Of a stretch of DNA of 64,000 bases, positions 36,767-50,754 are shown one piece after another. The notes beneath the pieces are model-generated. The model was not told the DNA's origin. It made no database searches and saw only the letters and a program-made list of their open reading frames with translations. The translations under genes were made by a program, and so were the position numbers. The first letter of the stretch is position 1; each line of letters begins with the position of its first letter. Source of the DNA: Azolla caroliniana (Eukaryota; Plantae; Polypodiophyta); assembly GCA_043228905.1 (NCBI GenBank), contig JBHGNT010000022.1, positions 5,642,001 through 5,706,000 on the forward strand, given 5' to 3'.

Positions 36767-39700
36767 TCACTCGTCACTCTCCGATTCTCCGCTGGGCCCG
36801 AACCGATCGTCGTCGTCGCTCCCGCTCGCCGGCTCCGCCTCGTCTTCGAACTGCTTCTTGAACGCTTTGATCCGCTTCCCAGCCACCGGTACTGCTAACC
36901 GTGTCCCGTTGAGTTCCGCGAGGTGGTACGTGCCATTGTCATTCGCGCTCGTTACCGTGTAGTGAGGGAACCACCTCCTAGCAAAGTTTCGCACCGCGTT
37001 GTGCTTAATGTCAAGGCTGCTGTCGTATACTAAGACCTAGTCCCCTTCCTTAATCTTCTTTGGTCGCAACCGGTGCATCCGGTCGAACCGGGTCTTGTTC
37101 CGCTCCCTTGCTGCCCGCAGCTTTTCCTTCGCCCGTTTCACATCTTCCGGCCTCCACTCAAGTTGCCGAATCTGCGCCACCAGCAACTCCTCCCGAATCA
37201 TCTCGTCCTTCCAATCTACCGCGGCCCATGAAGAAACCATCCGTTCCACCGACATAAACCCTGTCACCGAACTCTGCGTAGTTCGGTCTGCCCATAGTGC
37301 GTAAGGAAGGAGCAGCGACCAATTCACGACCTGCCCTACGCATGCACGCACCAATGCCTTTACGATCGGCCTGTGCCCACGTTCTACCTTCTCGTTCGTC
37401 TCCGGATTGTACGCCGTAGTGAGGGAGAGTTTGACCCCTAGCCGGTCGAAAAACTCCTCAGCTTCCCGCGCATCCAGCTCTCTCCGGTCCGCCACGATCC
37501 TCCCGACGCACCCGTACCGACACACTACCTCTTCGATCAGGTACCGGCATACCGCCGCGATTATCTTGTTCTACAGTGCACGGCCTTCCACCTGGTTCGT
37601 TAAGTCTTTCCGCGCAAGCACTAGGTATCGCATTTGTCCTACTCCCATCGGCATCGTCACCAAGTCCACCATCCACTTGAAATGGACCGCAGGCAGGTAA
37701 GTCGGGTGTAGCTCGTCTCGATGTCGGACTACGGAGTGCATCTGACAGATTTCGCAAGTCGTTACGAACCGATGCACGTCCTGGTACAACCCCGACCACC
37801 AGTACTTCTCCTTCAGCTTCTCGAACGTGGCCCACGTTCGGCGGTGCCCGGCCTAGGGACTCTTGTGAAATGCCGCCAATAGTTCCTCCTGTTCTTCTTT
37901 CTTTGCCACTACTCGAAGCGGGATGTCGTTTCTTTTCTTTGGGTGCCTCCATATGCACTCGTCCCGTAGGAAGAATCAGTAGGCCTTCTTCCGTACCTGG
38001 CTCGGCTCTTCTCTCATCCACCCTGCATCCGGTGTCATCGCCCATAGGAACCTCCCGATTTGGAGCCACTCCCCGTCGTACATGCTTTCGTCAAATTCGT
38101 TAAGCACCGGAGTGTCCCCTTTCCTCGTCGTCACATTAGCCGACCCAAAGAAGTCCTCGCCGACTTCTTCGTCATTCGAAACCATGCCGTCTTCGTCGTT
38201 AAACCTTGCTCTCGAAAGCATGTCGGCCATGGTGTTATCCTTTCCGGAGATGTGTTGTATCTCCGGGTTCAGGGACTTAATGTACGCTATCCACCGGAGC
38301 ATTGCTAGGTCCGGCGTTGCGCATCCGGAAACCATGCTGAGTATCGGCAGGCAGTCCGTCTCGATTGTTACCTCCGTCCCGATCAGGTAGTCCCTGTCGG
38401 CCTTGACTGCCGAAATGATACCCTATAGTTTGCGCTTGACTTGGGCATATCCTCGCTGTCGCTCGCTCAATAACTTCGCCGTCCTCGTCCAGGACCACCC
38501 GATCCCGGTCGGGTTCGTGTCCACCGTTACGTATATGGGGTCCCCCTACCGTAAACCTCTTTACGAAAAGCTGGTGCTACTGTAAGCGCCTCCTGTAGTC
38601 TCCAAACCAACTCCATGTGCTCCGTCCTCCACTCAAAGCTACGCCCCTTTTTCAATAGTCCGTAGAGGGGTTCCGCGACATGTGTGTAGTGCGGGATCCA
38701 GATGTGGTAGAACGCGCATGCTCCTAAGAATCTGCGGACCTCCGTGACCGACCCGCAATAGTTCCTCATCACGGAGATGGCCTCTTCCTTTGTCGGAGAC
38801 GGTTTCCTACCGTAAGGCCCACATAGGTGTCCGACCACCAAGATCTCTGATTGCCCGAACGCTGATTTTTCTCCGGAGAAGGTGAGTCGTACGTTTTCGA
38901 GCCTCTACAGCACCTTGTCGTAGTCATTGATGTGGTTCAGAACGAACCTCCGGCATCCGTCTGGCCCGACAGTCTCGTCCGCATCATCCACCGGACACCC
39001 CTTTATCGGGATGTCATCCAAGAATGGCATGGTGATGTCCGAGATGCAGTCCCTCAGCACCTTGTTCATTGCGTTCACCATATGCGCCACCGAATTCGTC
39101 CCGCCTTGTGGTAGGGTACACATCCGTACTAGGCCGAGAGGGGTTCGCATCGTCGTGATATCCCTGCTCTCCACGGCTAGCTGGAACTGGTCGTACCCCG
39201 AGTATAAGTCACTGACCGAATAGATCGACCTTCCAGCGAAGGCCTCTGCAAACTCGCCTATGGTCGGTCCGATTCCTTCATTACGGATGGTCACCCTGTT
39301 GATCGGTTGCAGGTCCTGAATGAAGCGCATCGTGCCGTTCTTCTTCGGCACCGTAAACCACCGATTCGAATACGGGGCACTCGACGGTTCGAGGATGCCC
39401 ATCTCCACCTTTTGCTTCAGAAGCTCCATCAACTTCGGGATGTGAGCTCTCGGCACCGGAATTGGTTTGAGATTCCACGGTACATGCAATACCGTGAAGA
39501 TCACCATCGGTTCGACGATCGTCGGGTCCACGCACCCGATTTCCTCCGGCGAGAACGCGAAGGCTTTCCCATGCCTTCCGAGCATTCTCCGAAATCTATT
39601 CTCCTCCGCCGGCAGTAGAAAGCCACCCCCACCGACCTTGAGCTCCCGTAGCGTTATATCGGTGAACCGATGCCCTATGTCAGCCGGATTCCATAAGCTT

Positions 39701-42296
39701 GGGTCCAACGCGACCCAGTTTATCCGCTCCTCGCTGCCTTCCGGCAAGGGTGCTGCGACTGGCCTCACCTTCCGGTCCACAGTCTTGTACTTTGTACCCA
39801 CGCGGGTCGTCTGATCCGACCTGATTCTTTCCCCGAAGTTCGCGATGACTTCGTACATTCCCATCGAACCTATCGAAACGGTCCGGTCTTCTCTAAGGTC
39901 TTCACCGATCGCCTTTCGCAACTCGCCCAAGGTTTCGTCAAAAGAGACCGCCTCCACGGCACCGCTGATCTCTTCGTTGGGGGAGAGGACTCCGCATCCC
40001 TTGAGCCGCTCCTCCGCTCGCTTCCTTTCCCGGCCGTTGACACCGGCTATAGTACAACCTCTGTTTTCGGAGAACCAAAACTTCCTACCTACTGTACATG
40101 TGTGGGGTTCTTCCGGTACGCCGTATTATCGTGGCCCCACGCCTTGATATCCCTCTCTAAAAATCCCCTCGGTTGTCGCCGCCGAGGGTCTCACGATTCC
40201 TCTCATGGTTCGGACGTATGGTCCTGAATTGGACGGAATGCCGACCGTCCTGGCTCTTGACACGCGCGTACACCGATCCGTTGTCCAGCACCTTCGTCTC
40301 CATGCGTGCTGTCGTAATGTATGGTTTGCCGAGAATCATCGGGTGCAAGGATGTTTCCTACACGAAGAAATGTTGATCTATCTCAACGTCACCGACCTTT
40401 ACGTGTATATTCGGGCACGCACCATGCAGCTCCTCCGTAGCACGCGTCGCCACGCGTATCTTCCACCCATGCTTGGTGTTGATCGGCCATTTACCCCTCT
40501 TGTAGAAATCCATGGACATCAGGTTGATTTCGGATCCATGGTCTACCAAGGCCACCATTGGTTCCGAAACATCGCCGATCCACACAGGGGTTTCCGTAGT
40601 TGCTCTGGCCCAATGCGGCTTCGCCTAGTGGCTTTCCACCAACTCGTCTTCTAGGGCCGCGTCTTCTAAATGCGTAGTCCGCACTTGCACCGGATTCTCT
40701 AGTTCTGGCTCCGTCGAAAGCCTCTTCCGCTTCACCAAGTCTATGATGGAGTTGTGGAACTCCCTCTTGGCGATTTCCAACACCTCCCACAACGACAACT
40801 CCGCTTTACTGTCGAGGATCTGCTCCTCAAGGACCTTCCATAGGTCCATTTCTCTCTTGATTTCGGTGCTCAACCGAAACCCTGCCTGCTTCTTTCCGTC
40901 CGGCGCGCGTGGGTTGCCGGCACCGGTCGGTTTCGGTCCGAACCGGGTCTCGTACCTCTGCGGGGGACCTACCCCCCCAGCCTTTCCTGCCCGTTTGTCT
41001 TCCACTAGATCCTCGTAGTTCTGGCAAGTGGCTTCTACGAAGCCCGTTTTCTCTTCAACCGGATCGTCCCATCCAGTGACCTCCTGGACCCTTTGTTCCG
41101 CACGGTCCGCCTCGTCCTTCTTCAGCTGAACTCCGGAGACGCCTTCTAGCACTAGTGGCCAGAATCCGAAGTCCTTCACCTTCTGGGTCTCATCACCCCC
41201 GACCCGTATACCCGCTGACACTAAGTAGTTAACGGCTTCTACGCGCCATGCCGCGGCCTCTTCCATCAACCTCTTCATTCCGCTGCGCCCTGTATTTAGT
41301 TCTAGGGCTCTCCGGGTCTCACTCGCGTGCACCCGCCCGTTCCAGAGGGACACCACGTTGGTCTTGAGTGCATCAGCGAAATCCGCGCAATCCTTCCGAA
41401 TGCGATCGATCGCGTCACACCACATGCACCGCTGCCGGCGGCCTCCGGTCGCGAGGTTGTTCGTCGCTGTCTCTCCGTGCTTGTGCGATCTGCAGGTCGC
41501 GCACCATATGTGTCAGCTCCTCTAGAGCCGCTCCTCTGGATGGGCCTCTGATCACGTCGTTCGATGCCGACCCCGACTCCAGCCAAATTCGGGTCTCTTC
41601 CTTCCTACCGGCTGGCACCGATACCGGCTCCTTGAGCCTCCTCGTCGGGACCGGCCCTGACCCTGACGAGCTTTCGTCGCTCCAATCGCGCCGTTTGTCG
41701 AAACGGCTGCAGACTCGTTTTACCACGGCCTAGTCTGCCGTGAGGCCTTCTTCCATTTCCAATAGCGGAGCCACCTTTTCCCTGTCGAGCGCGTCCACCG
41801 ACTTAACAAACCGTAGTACTCGACTCATTTCGAGCACGGTCCGGTCCAGCATCGACAACCGCGCGAACCGTTTTTCGAACTCCTGGAGGAGCGCCGACAT
41901 GTTCCTCCCTTTTCCGGGGCTTTCCACCCATGCCATGAAGTCCCGCCTCGACAACTGAAGCGAGTCGTCAAACCCGTACTTCTCGAGGAGCTACAACTTG
42001 AACTCCTCCCAAGTCTGGCATCCGGCCAACACCTCGAGCACCTCCGCGTGGATGCTCGGCGTCACCACTCGAGGGAATCCGGACAGCCGCCTGTCCACTG
42101 GGATATCCCTCATGATCATTTCGGCCCGGTAAGCCTCCAAATAACTTGGGGCGTCTTTCCCTCTGAACCGGCCTATAGCGCCGAAGATCGATTCAATGGC
42201 TCTGTTGAGGGTACATGTCCCCTCACGAGCGCTTACCAACCGGTCGACGGCTACCGCCGTTGCCTCTGCTAGCTCCGATCCCCTCATCTTTCGACT
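36767..42296 (-). pseudogene. Gypsy-3 gag-protease-RT-RNase H-integrase, degenerate
   Basis: Protease ALVDHGSEINLM; RT YSNRWFTVPKKNGTMRFIQDLQPIN..LPQGGTNS..PFLDDIPIKG; RNase H VTIETDCLP; integrase C..CQ, TTAYNPE, LWADRTT, LAELNG. Confidence 0.9.
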
Positions 42297-42310
42297 CCTT
42301 TGCCGCCTGT

Positions 42311-42327
42311 TCACATCGGGTTCACCA
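42311..42327 (-). promoter_or_regulatory. Gypsy-3 PBS complementary to tRNA-Trp
   Basis: TGGTGAACCCGATGTGA matches the plant cytosolic tRNA-Trp 3' end (..UCACGUCGGGUUCACCA, recalled from memory) at 16 of 17 positions; the remaining position is a G:U pair. Confidence 0.8.
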
Positions 42328-42331
42328 AATA

Positions 42332-43035
42332 TGTCGCGTTGTTACGCGCGTGCGTGTAGAAAGAGGCGGGACCACGGGGACCTTGAACCAAGGAGCGAGA
42401 GAGGGAGAGAGAGAGAGAGAGAGAGCGAAGAGAAGAGAAGAGAAGATTTGTAGATATGCAAAAGGGAGAAGGAAAGAGAAAGGAACGACACACTTAATTA
42501 CAGTAACAGTCGATTAAAATATCCAGAGATTGCAAACTCTAACGATTACAACCGGCAAGGCGGCGATGGACCCGACACGGGGATCCTACTCACGCACACA
42601 GACAGAACACACTCAACTCAAAGAAATAAAAAGGGGAGAGCCTCTGCTGGAAGCACACGGGCTGTCCACGAAGCAGAGGCAGCGAACTCCCGACACCCAC
42701 AGAGACCGACGATCGAAGGAGAAGAGAGAGCTCGACACTCAGTTCTGCAATAGCACTTCGTCCTCGCCAACGCACGATCCTCTTTCCTCCTTCTCTCCCT
42801 CCTTAAATAGTTCGCAAAAGGGGACCATTCTTCCCTCGTCAAATCGCTTTATTCCATGTCCCTTTTGACAGAGATACGCACCAATCTTCTAATAAATATG
42901 TACTACCTAGTATTTACATCAGCCAACCTAATTATGAATTATGTTCACAATATCAATTCTCGCGTCCACCTATGTGAGCACCGGTTTATGCGCCTTTTTC
43001 TCCGATTCCGCCTATGGCCGGTTTTCTTCACGACA
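42332..43035 (-). repeat. Gypsy-3 5' LTR
   Basis: tgtcgcg...cttcacgaca, direct repeat of 35097-35116 plus 36020-36697. Confidence 0.93.
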
Positions 43036-46000
43036 ACGTATTGCATCGGTAATCCAGGAATCCATTGGGGTGTGGAAAATCCGCGTTGTGTGCAATCATG
43101 TTGGTCCCAAGATTATTTGCTTTTGATTATCAAACGCTGGATCACCAGGACGAGGTGCAAGATATGAACGTCGTGATAGCGCATCTACTTTTCCTTGCCA
43201 CTTCCTCGGTCGATATGTGATTTTGAAGTCAAAACACGTGAGGAATTGAGCCCACTTAGCTTGCCGTCGATTTAGCACCCAAGCGTTCTGGAGATAAGCA
43301 AATTTTTTATGATCACTAAAGACGATGACCTAATGTGGAGAGCCCTCTAAGAAATGCCGCCATTGCACAAAGGAATCCACGGTGGCTAATAACTCCTTGT
43401 CATGTATTTCGTAGTTGATTGTCGCAGCATCGAATTTGCGCGAATGAAAAGCCACAGGATGTAACTCTTCTTTATCTCCTTGTTGAGACAGGATGCTACC
43501 GAGGGCAAAATCCGATACGTCGGCCTCCATGATGAATGGCTTGTATCCACATGAGCTAGAATAGGAGCTGATGTAAAGGCTTTCTTAAGATGCCGAAAAG
43601 CCATGTCCGCTTCATTGGACCAAAGAAATGCTTGTCCCTTCTTCGTAAGTTGTGTGAGAGGTAAAATAATCTTTGAGTAATCCTGTATAAACTTGCGGTA
43701 GAAGTTAGCAAAACCTAGAAAACATTGTACATCTCGTACCGACCGTGGAATTTGCCACTCTAGCACAGTTTGGACTTTAGCTGGATCCATGGAGATGCCC
43801 TTTGAGGAGATGACGTAGCCTAGAAATTCCACTTGCTTGCAGTCAAAGCTACATTTTTCTAGCTTGGCATAAAGACCATTCTCGTGGAGTCATTTTAGTA
43901 CTAATAGTACATGAGAATTGTGCTCTTCTTGGGTCTTCGAATAAATCAATAGATCATCCAGATAGATGATCTAACAAATATCCGAGAGGTCTCTAAATAT
44001 ATCATTTGCCATGTATTGGAAGATTGTGGGTGCATTGGTTAGATCGAACGGCATAGCAGTATATTCGAAATGCCCATACTGCATGTGAAAGGCAGTCTTC
44101 CATTCACCTGCCGGTCGGATCCGCACAAGGTTATACGCTCCTTGTAGATCGATTTTGGTAAAAAACTTGGCACCATTAACTCGCTCTAAAAGACTTGATA
44201 TAAGAGGAAGTGCATACCTATTCTGGATGGTGACTTTATTCAAGCCGCGGTATCAAAGACGAGACGAAGTGAGCCATCTTTCTTCTTGACAAAGAAGATG
44301 GGTGCACCAGCCGGAGATTTCGAATGACGAATAAACCCGCTTGCCAAGTTCTCCTCTATGTAGGCTCAAAGGACTTCTAACTCGGTGGGTGACAAGTTGT
44401 AAATTGGTCCCTATGGTGGCTCTGCTCCTGGTTGTAAATCGATGGGACAATCGTAGGGACAATGATGAGGAAGAGTACCGGCTTTTACCTTGTCAAATAC
44501 ATCGGCATAAGGATGATATTTCGCCGGAAGTTGCACTAAGGATTCCTCCTTAATAGTGTTGGAAGGATGTACTGATATTGCAAAAAGGAACATTGACTCC
44601 ATGTGTCCTTCTTCGCGTAATTGACGTAGTGAAATGGTCGAAACTCGATGAGTAGATTCTTGGGGTTGTCGATGTCGGACTTGTCTTGTTCTCCAATCGA
44701 TGTCTAGATTATGTAATTCAAACCAAGGTAATCCCAGGACAATGGGATGCTCTGGACTACTAATTATATTAAATGATACTACACACACAAAACTACCTAG
44801 GACAACTTGAATGGGTTCAGACTCTTCTACAATATTCCCGGAAGCAATGGCATGACCATCAATGACTACTACAGATGCGGGGCAAGGAAGTTTTCTTAAG
44901 GATATCTGAGAAGCTTGGGGAAAATTTGGGGAAAATTTCAATCCATGAAACAGGAATTAGCTCCAGAATCTAGAAGTGATAGGTCGTGTACTGGGGGAGT
45001 ACTTTTAGTACTAACCATGACTTGGGCTAGGAACACATTGCTAACTTGCTTGGAGGGAATGGAACTACTAATGGGCTATACAGATCTAGGGTTGTCCAAC
45101 CAAACGGCTCCTATTTTGGCTGGACTCAATCGTTTAACTCTTCATCTAATTGACTAAGGATTTTAAATTTGTTTGAGATACTTCGGCTATTAGTACTATT
45201 AATACTATCAGACACTCTATTAGTACTATTAATACTATTAGACACTCCTAAGGGAAGAATTGACTCGGGTTTAGTATAGGCTACGATTTGATTTACCTGT
45301 TTTCTTGGCCTATGGGGACAATTGATTGCGATATGCCCTGGTCAACCGCAATAAAGACATAATCAATTTGCACGTCGTCGTTGCTTTTCTTCTTCCGATA
45401 ACGGGCCACGTCGACGCATGGTGTCTATCTCCATCGTTGTCGGAGTATTTGCTTGAGGTATGTCTCGTGCAAACGGTTTGGCCACGACTGAGGCATAAGT
45501 GGGCTCCGGCCTAGAGCGTGGTATTAGTAATTGACGTTCCGAACGTCGTTCGAAAAGGCGGTTGTCACATCGGACCGCTCGACTGATTGCCTTCGTAAGA
45601 GACTTTGGTTCTTCGGGGAAGGTTAGAAGTAGGTCTTTGACCTCGTTTCACAGGCCGTAGTGAAACTGCTCCATTAGTGCCTGATCATCCCAGGGGATAT
45701 CTGAAGCGAGTAGACGGAAATCTGCCGCGTAGGCAGAGGTTGGATGATCTCCTTGACGCAATCGTCGGATTTTGTTGATCGTCGTTCGGATGTTGTCTGT
45801 ATCTCCAAAGCAAGCTTTAAAATAACTAATAAAGTCTTCAAAGTTATTAAGTAAGGGCGATTGTTTTTCTAGAAACGGAGCAAACCATTGTTGGCCGGTC
45901 AGAGAAGGCAAATGGGGAAGCAAGGTCGGATCGGATAAATATAGAAATAGGAATAGAATTATTAGGAGGGACGGATCCGGTAGTTGTAACCGATCCGGAT

Positions 46001-46265
46001 CCGAACCGATTCGGTTTCGGTTAACGGTTGCCTACCGAGCACCGATTGTAATCTGGCCGGATGCCTATAAAAGGATCCGATGTTTTGTAATGAAGTGGCG
46101 AAGAATTAATATAGTTTTGCTTATGCTTATTAATCTTGTCTTCGTCTGTGCTTAAGTGTCATTATCATACGCGTGTATTAACATCCTATCCCTACCACCC
46201 CTTTGGAGAAGTGTCGGATAGACACCTGTGTTGCGGCTAGTCCAGCCATACATACAACACTATTT

Positions 46266-46275
46266 TGGCGACCAC
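46266..46275 (+). promoter_or_regulatory. Gypsy-4 PBS, probably tRNA-Arg
   Basis: TGGCGACCAC just after the LTR, complementary to a tRNA-Arg 3' end (..GUGGUCGCCA). Confidence 0.7.
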
Positions 46276-46734
46276 GATTCCTGCAGAGTGCAGAGGACAA
46301 CCGGGGGATGGATGTCTAGACAAAATAACGACCACATCACCAAAAGAGGGAGACGCCACGCCGAACGGCAGCGACGACGGGAAGCCCTGCAGCAAGCCGT
46401 CGACGAGATCCGGCGCGATCGGTCATTCTCAAAAACGCTTCGGCAAATCGCAGAAGAAGCACTGCAATTCCAGGTTCTACAAGCTTCCGACGAAGGCAGT
46501 AGCATAACCAGCCTCCAAGAAGCGGAGACACTACTACAGACTCTCGCCGGCGGCGACGGGGACGCAGCGGCATTTGCAACATTAGAGGCGGATTCGGATA
46601 GCGGGGAAAGCGTGGGATCCCGCTATAAAAGCAGCCACGAGAACAACCCCTTTGAGTCGGATCACTCAGCAACATCGGAGCCAGAGGAGGAAATAACTCT
46701 GGAGTTCGGTGACCGGCAATCGCCGAGGAGGGAG

Positions 46735-46920
46735 GAGCGGATACCAACACCACCCGCGGAGGAACCGCAGGAGCGGTTATCAACACCACCCGCGGAGGAA
46801 CCGCAGGAGCGGATACCAACACCACCCGCGGAGGAACCGCAGGAGCGGTTATCAACACCAACCGCGGAGGAACCGCAGGAGCGGATACCAACACCACCTG
46901 CGGAGGAACCGCAGGAGCGG
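46735..46920 (+). repeat. 36-bp coding minisatellite (5 copies) in the Gypsy-4 gag N-terminus
   Basis: ERIPTPPAEEPQ and ERLSTPPAEEPQ units alternate. Confidence 0.95.
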
Positions 46921-49900
46921 AGACCGACTTCGGAGGAACCAGCGCAGGAGAATCAGTGGGACGACACGATGCTGTATCCGTACCCAAAGTATCGGGATGA
47001 GCCCGACGGAGAGGCACATGTGTATGCATTCCTGCGAACATGGGAAGCCAACCACGTGTCCCAGAGACTGACGGAGCCCGAGGCCGACCGATCCAAAGTC
47101 GCCGAATTCGGCATGACACTAGAAGGACCGGCGGCCCGGTGGCACGCAAAGCACTTACCAGGCAGCTTCGCCACGTTCGAGGCATTGAAAACTCAGTTTT
47201 TACGCCTGTTTCATAGACGAGTGGAACAAAGGGAATTGGTCGGACAATTCTACACCACTCGGCAGGGAGAAAACGAGACGGTCCCACAATTTATCATTCG
47301 TTTCCAGACCTTGCACAGTCAATTAGCAAGAGCACCACCCGAAGAGGAGGCCAAGGCAGTCTTTTTGGCTGCGTTAAAAGACCCACTTCGAGCGATGTGT
47401 GGAATCCTCGATTTCAGCACCAGCACAATGGACCAAGTCATTGATCGGGTCCTGGAAATGGACAACACGAGCCCCTTCTTGCCGATGGGGGCGTTACACC
47501 AGGCGCTTCCGAAGGAGGAGGACCTCCGGTTCCGACAAGCCCTACAATGCACAACATGCCTAAATTCGGGGCACTCAGCCGTCGACTACACCCTGCGTGC
47601 ACAGTGCATGATATGCAACTCTCGCGCCCACACAACAAACCGATGCGAGTATAACCTATTAACTCGACAAGCGGCACCGGTCCGACACATAGAACCGCGC
47701 AATCGGGACCCGGAAGAGGATCGATTCCGGAGGGACGACCACTACCGACGAGAACGCGGCGACAGATACCCCGATAGAAGACGCGACAGCTATGATCGAG
47801 AGGAGAACCGCAGGGATAGCTACCCCCGGGACCGGTACGACCGAGACGAATCCCCGGAATACGAGCGACGCAGAGAAGACAGGCGGCCAGGGAACCGGAA
47901 TTTCCGACGGAACCAAAGGCGGGGATTTTTTCGTAGAGAGGAGCGTCGGGAGGCAACAAGGAATGAGAAACCAGTAGCGGCACCGGAGAACCGAAAAACC
48001 GAGGACAACCGCCGGGGAATGCCCCTTCCCCAAACATGGGAAAAAGGAGAATCCAGCAACACGCACAGGGTGTACTGTTATTACTGCCGAAAAGAAGGGC
48101 ATTACAGTAATCAATGCCCAAGCAAAACAGCCGACAAGCAGCCAGCAGTCAACATGGTGACAGCCGAAGTACAGCAGGTTACCACGCGGTCGAAGGGGAA
48201 GGCCGCCGAATGGGAAGCCCAGGAAGCAATCAGAAAACAAGCGGCACAATGGATCAAAGAAGCCAACGAAAAAGGTGCGGCGGAAGTAAGAGACCAAAAT
48301 ATGCCAAAGAATGAGGAAATCGCACAGCCAGGAGAAAACCCGACATGGCAAGCACTACAAGATTGTCAGATCGTGCTGCCGTTGGTGCCGCGGTTTACAG
48401 CAGACTTACAAGCCGCCGTGAGCAAACCGACGCCGACACCAGCACCGGCATTTTTCTCCAACCCGGAGGAAGGCCCAGCGGTGGTCGATACCAGTAGCCC
48501 AGCAATCACGACAATCGTCAAAGGAAAGGAGATTCCAGGAACAATTATTGACGGAGGCTCCGGGGTGAACGTCATTAGTCGACAGACATGCGACGACCTA
48601 GCCATCCAGGAGTGGGAACCATGCCCCTTCTGGTTACGCATGGCGGATACAAGCTCAGTCCGACCAACCGGTCTTATCCGGGACTTGGAAGTAACAATAG
48701 GAGGCCACGTATTCCGGATATCGGCCGTGGTACTAGAGCTGAATGTACAAGGCGCATATCCCCTACTGTTAGGACGACCATGGCTGCGAACGGCGCATAT
48801 CAAGCAAAACTGGCAAAAGAATATGATCACGTTCCGACGAGGGAAAACAAAGGTACGGGTAGCCACGCAACCACGGGTGCTCACTAGCAAGGAGGCAACC
48901 CCTTTATATGCCGAAAGCATCAACATGTTGGAGGGCTTACCGGATGAGGAAGTTGATCGGTACCTCGAGGAACACCCACAGATCGTCCCACTTTTTGAGG
49001 TGGATATCACAGCAGCAGTAGAGCCGTACATCACAATGCCGGACGAGCCGGACAAAGTGGCGATCCGGGAACTACGCCAAGCACAGGAAGCCCTAGAAAG
49101 AGAAATGACGATATCCCAAAGGGTGAAAGCATCCCAGCTGGAAGAGGTGGACCTCGGCACAACAGAACAACCCCGACCGGTAAAAGTCGCGAAGGAATTG
49201 CCGAAGGAGGAAAAACAGGCAATGGTAGCACTGTTAACGGATTTCAAGGACGTGTTCGCATGGTCATACGAAGACATGCGAGGGTTGGACCCCCAGCTCT
49301 ACCAGCACCAAATTCATCTAAGTACTGACGCGAAACCCATCGCTCAACGTCGGTACCGGATGAATCCAAACTATGCGGCAAAGGTGAAGGAGGAAATTGA
49401 CAAGCTTCTCCGGGTCGGATTTATCCGACCAGTCAAGCAGGCAACCTGGCTAAGCCCGATAGTGGTGGTCCCGAAAAAGAACGGCAAAATCCGGGTATGT
49501 GTGGACTACAGGAAACTAAATGCCGCGACAGTGACCGACGCTTTTCCACTACCATTCACGGACGGAGTGCTAGATGCGGTGGCCGGGCACGAAGTTTACA
49601 GCTTCCTGGATGGATTCAGCGGCTACAACCAAATCCGAATGAACCCGGCCGACCAAGAGAAAACAGCGTTCGTGACGGAATGGGGAGTGTTCATCGCGGT
49701 TGTGATGATGTTCGGATTAAAGACAGCCCCTGCAACATTTCAAAGGATAATTATGGAAATCTTCGGTGATTTTATTCCCGGTTTTATGCAGGTTTTCCTA
49801 GACGATTTCGCCGTCTACAGCTGACACGGAGAGCATCTCGATCACCTACGACTATGCTTAGAAAAGTGCCGCGAGTACCGATTAAGTCTGAACCCGGCTA

Positions 49901-50550
49901 AGTGCGTCTTTGGAGTCGCAAGCGGCAACTTGTTAGGCCACGTGGTGAGTCGGGAAGGAATCGCGGTAGATCCGGATAAGGTAAAAGCAATTCTCGACGC
50001 ACCGGCACCGAATAGCGCAAAGGCTTTAAGCCGATTCCTTGGTCAAATAAGGTGGCATAGTCGGATGATACGGCACCTTGCCGACTTTGCTACACCATTG
50101 CACGCTGCTGTACATAGAGTACCTTTCCAATGGACAGAAACGGAGGAGAAAGCCTACCAAGCGTTGAAGGTAATGCTGTCACAAGCTCCGGTGGTGCAGC
50201 CGCCGGACTGGAGTAAAAGCTTTCACGTCTTCGTCGACGTGTCGGACGTAGCAATCGGCAGCGTTTTGATGCAACTCACGGAACCGAAATGGTATCGGCC
50301 GGTGTACTACGCAAGCAGGAAACTCTCGAAAGCCGAACGGAACTACTCGACAACGGAACGAGAGGCATTAGGAATGGTGTACAGTGTCACAAAGTACAGG
50401 CACTATCTGCTCGGACGAAAGTTCTCCTTCCACGTTGACCACTCGGCACTACTCTACCTGGTCTCAAAGGCAGCCCTGACAGGAAAACTCGCACGGTGGA
50501 CGCTGCTATTACAGGAATTTGAATTCGACATTTTCCACCGACCCGGGGTG

Positions 50551-50718
50551 TGTCGAATACAAGTGTATAATGGACTCATTCACACTATCCCTTTAAGCCA
50601 TTTGTGTAATTAGCATAAAGGGTAGTTGCCCTAAGTCGGTCGCTATATATAGTGACCTTGTAACCTTTTTGTAAGGTTGGGTGTTGTATTATTGCTTTGT
50701 GGAATAAGAAAATCTTTT

Positions 50719-50754
<36 letters not shown>

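Larger units (their letters stand above)
35097..43035 (-). mobile_element. Gypsy-3, full-length non-chromovirus Ty3/gypsy element with a 4-bp TSD
   Basis: LTRs at 35097-36697 (interrupted) and 42332-43035. TSD ACGT (35093-35096 / 43036-43039); removing the element restores D-A-I-R-A-N-L-K in Gypsy-2. PPT ggtgggggtgga at 36698-36709 (minus). Confidence 0.92.

Noticed and set aside
40100-40170. G_GAT_TTT slippery site before the Gypsy-3 gag-protease stop
   Set aside because: A plausible -1 signal, but the -1 frame hits stops and is not the frame of the RT ORF in this degenerate copy. It cannot be supported without other copies.
46337-49277. Long antisense ORFs opposite Gypsy-4 gag-pol (also 58703-59404 and 60573-61139)
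   Set aside because: Shadow ORFs expected opposite GC-rich coding sequence; no independent features.
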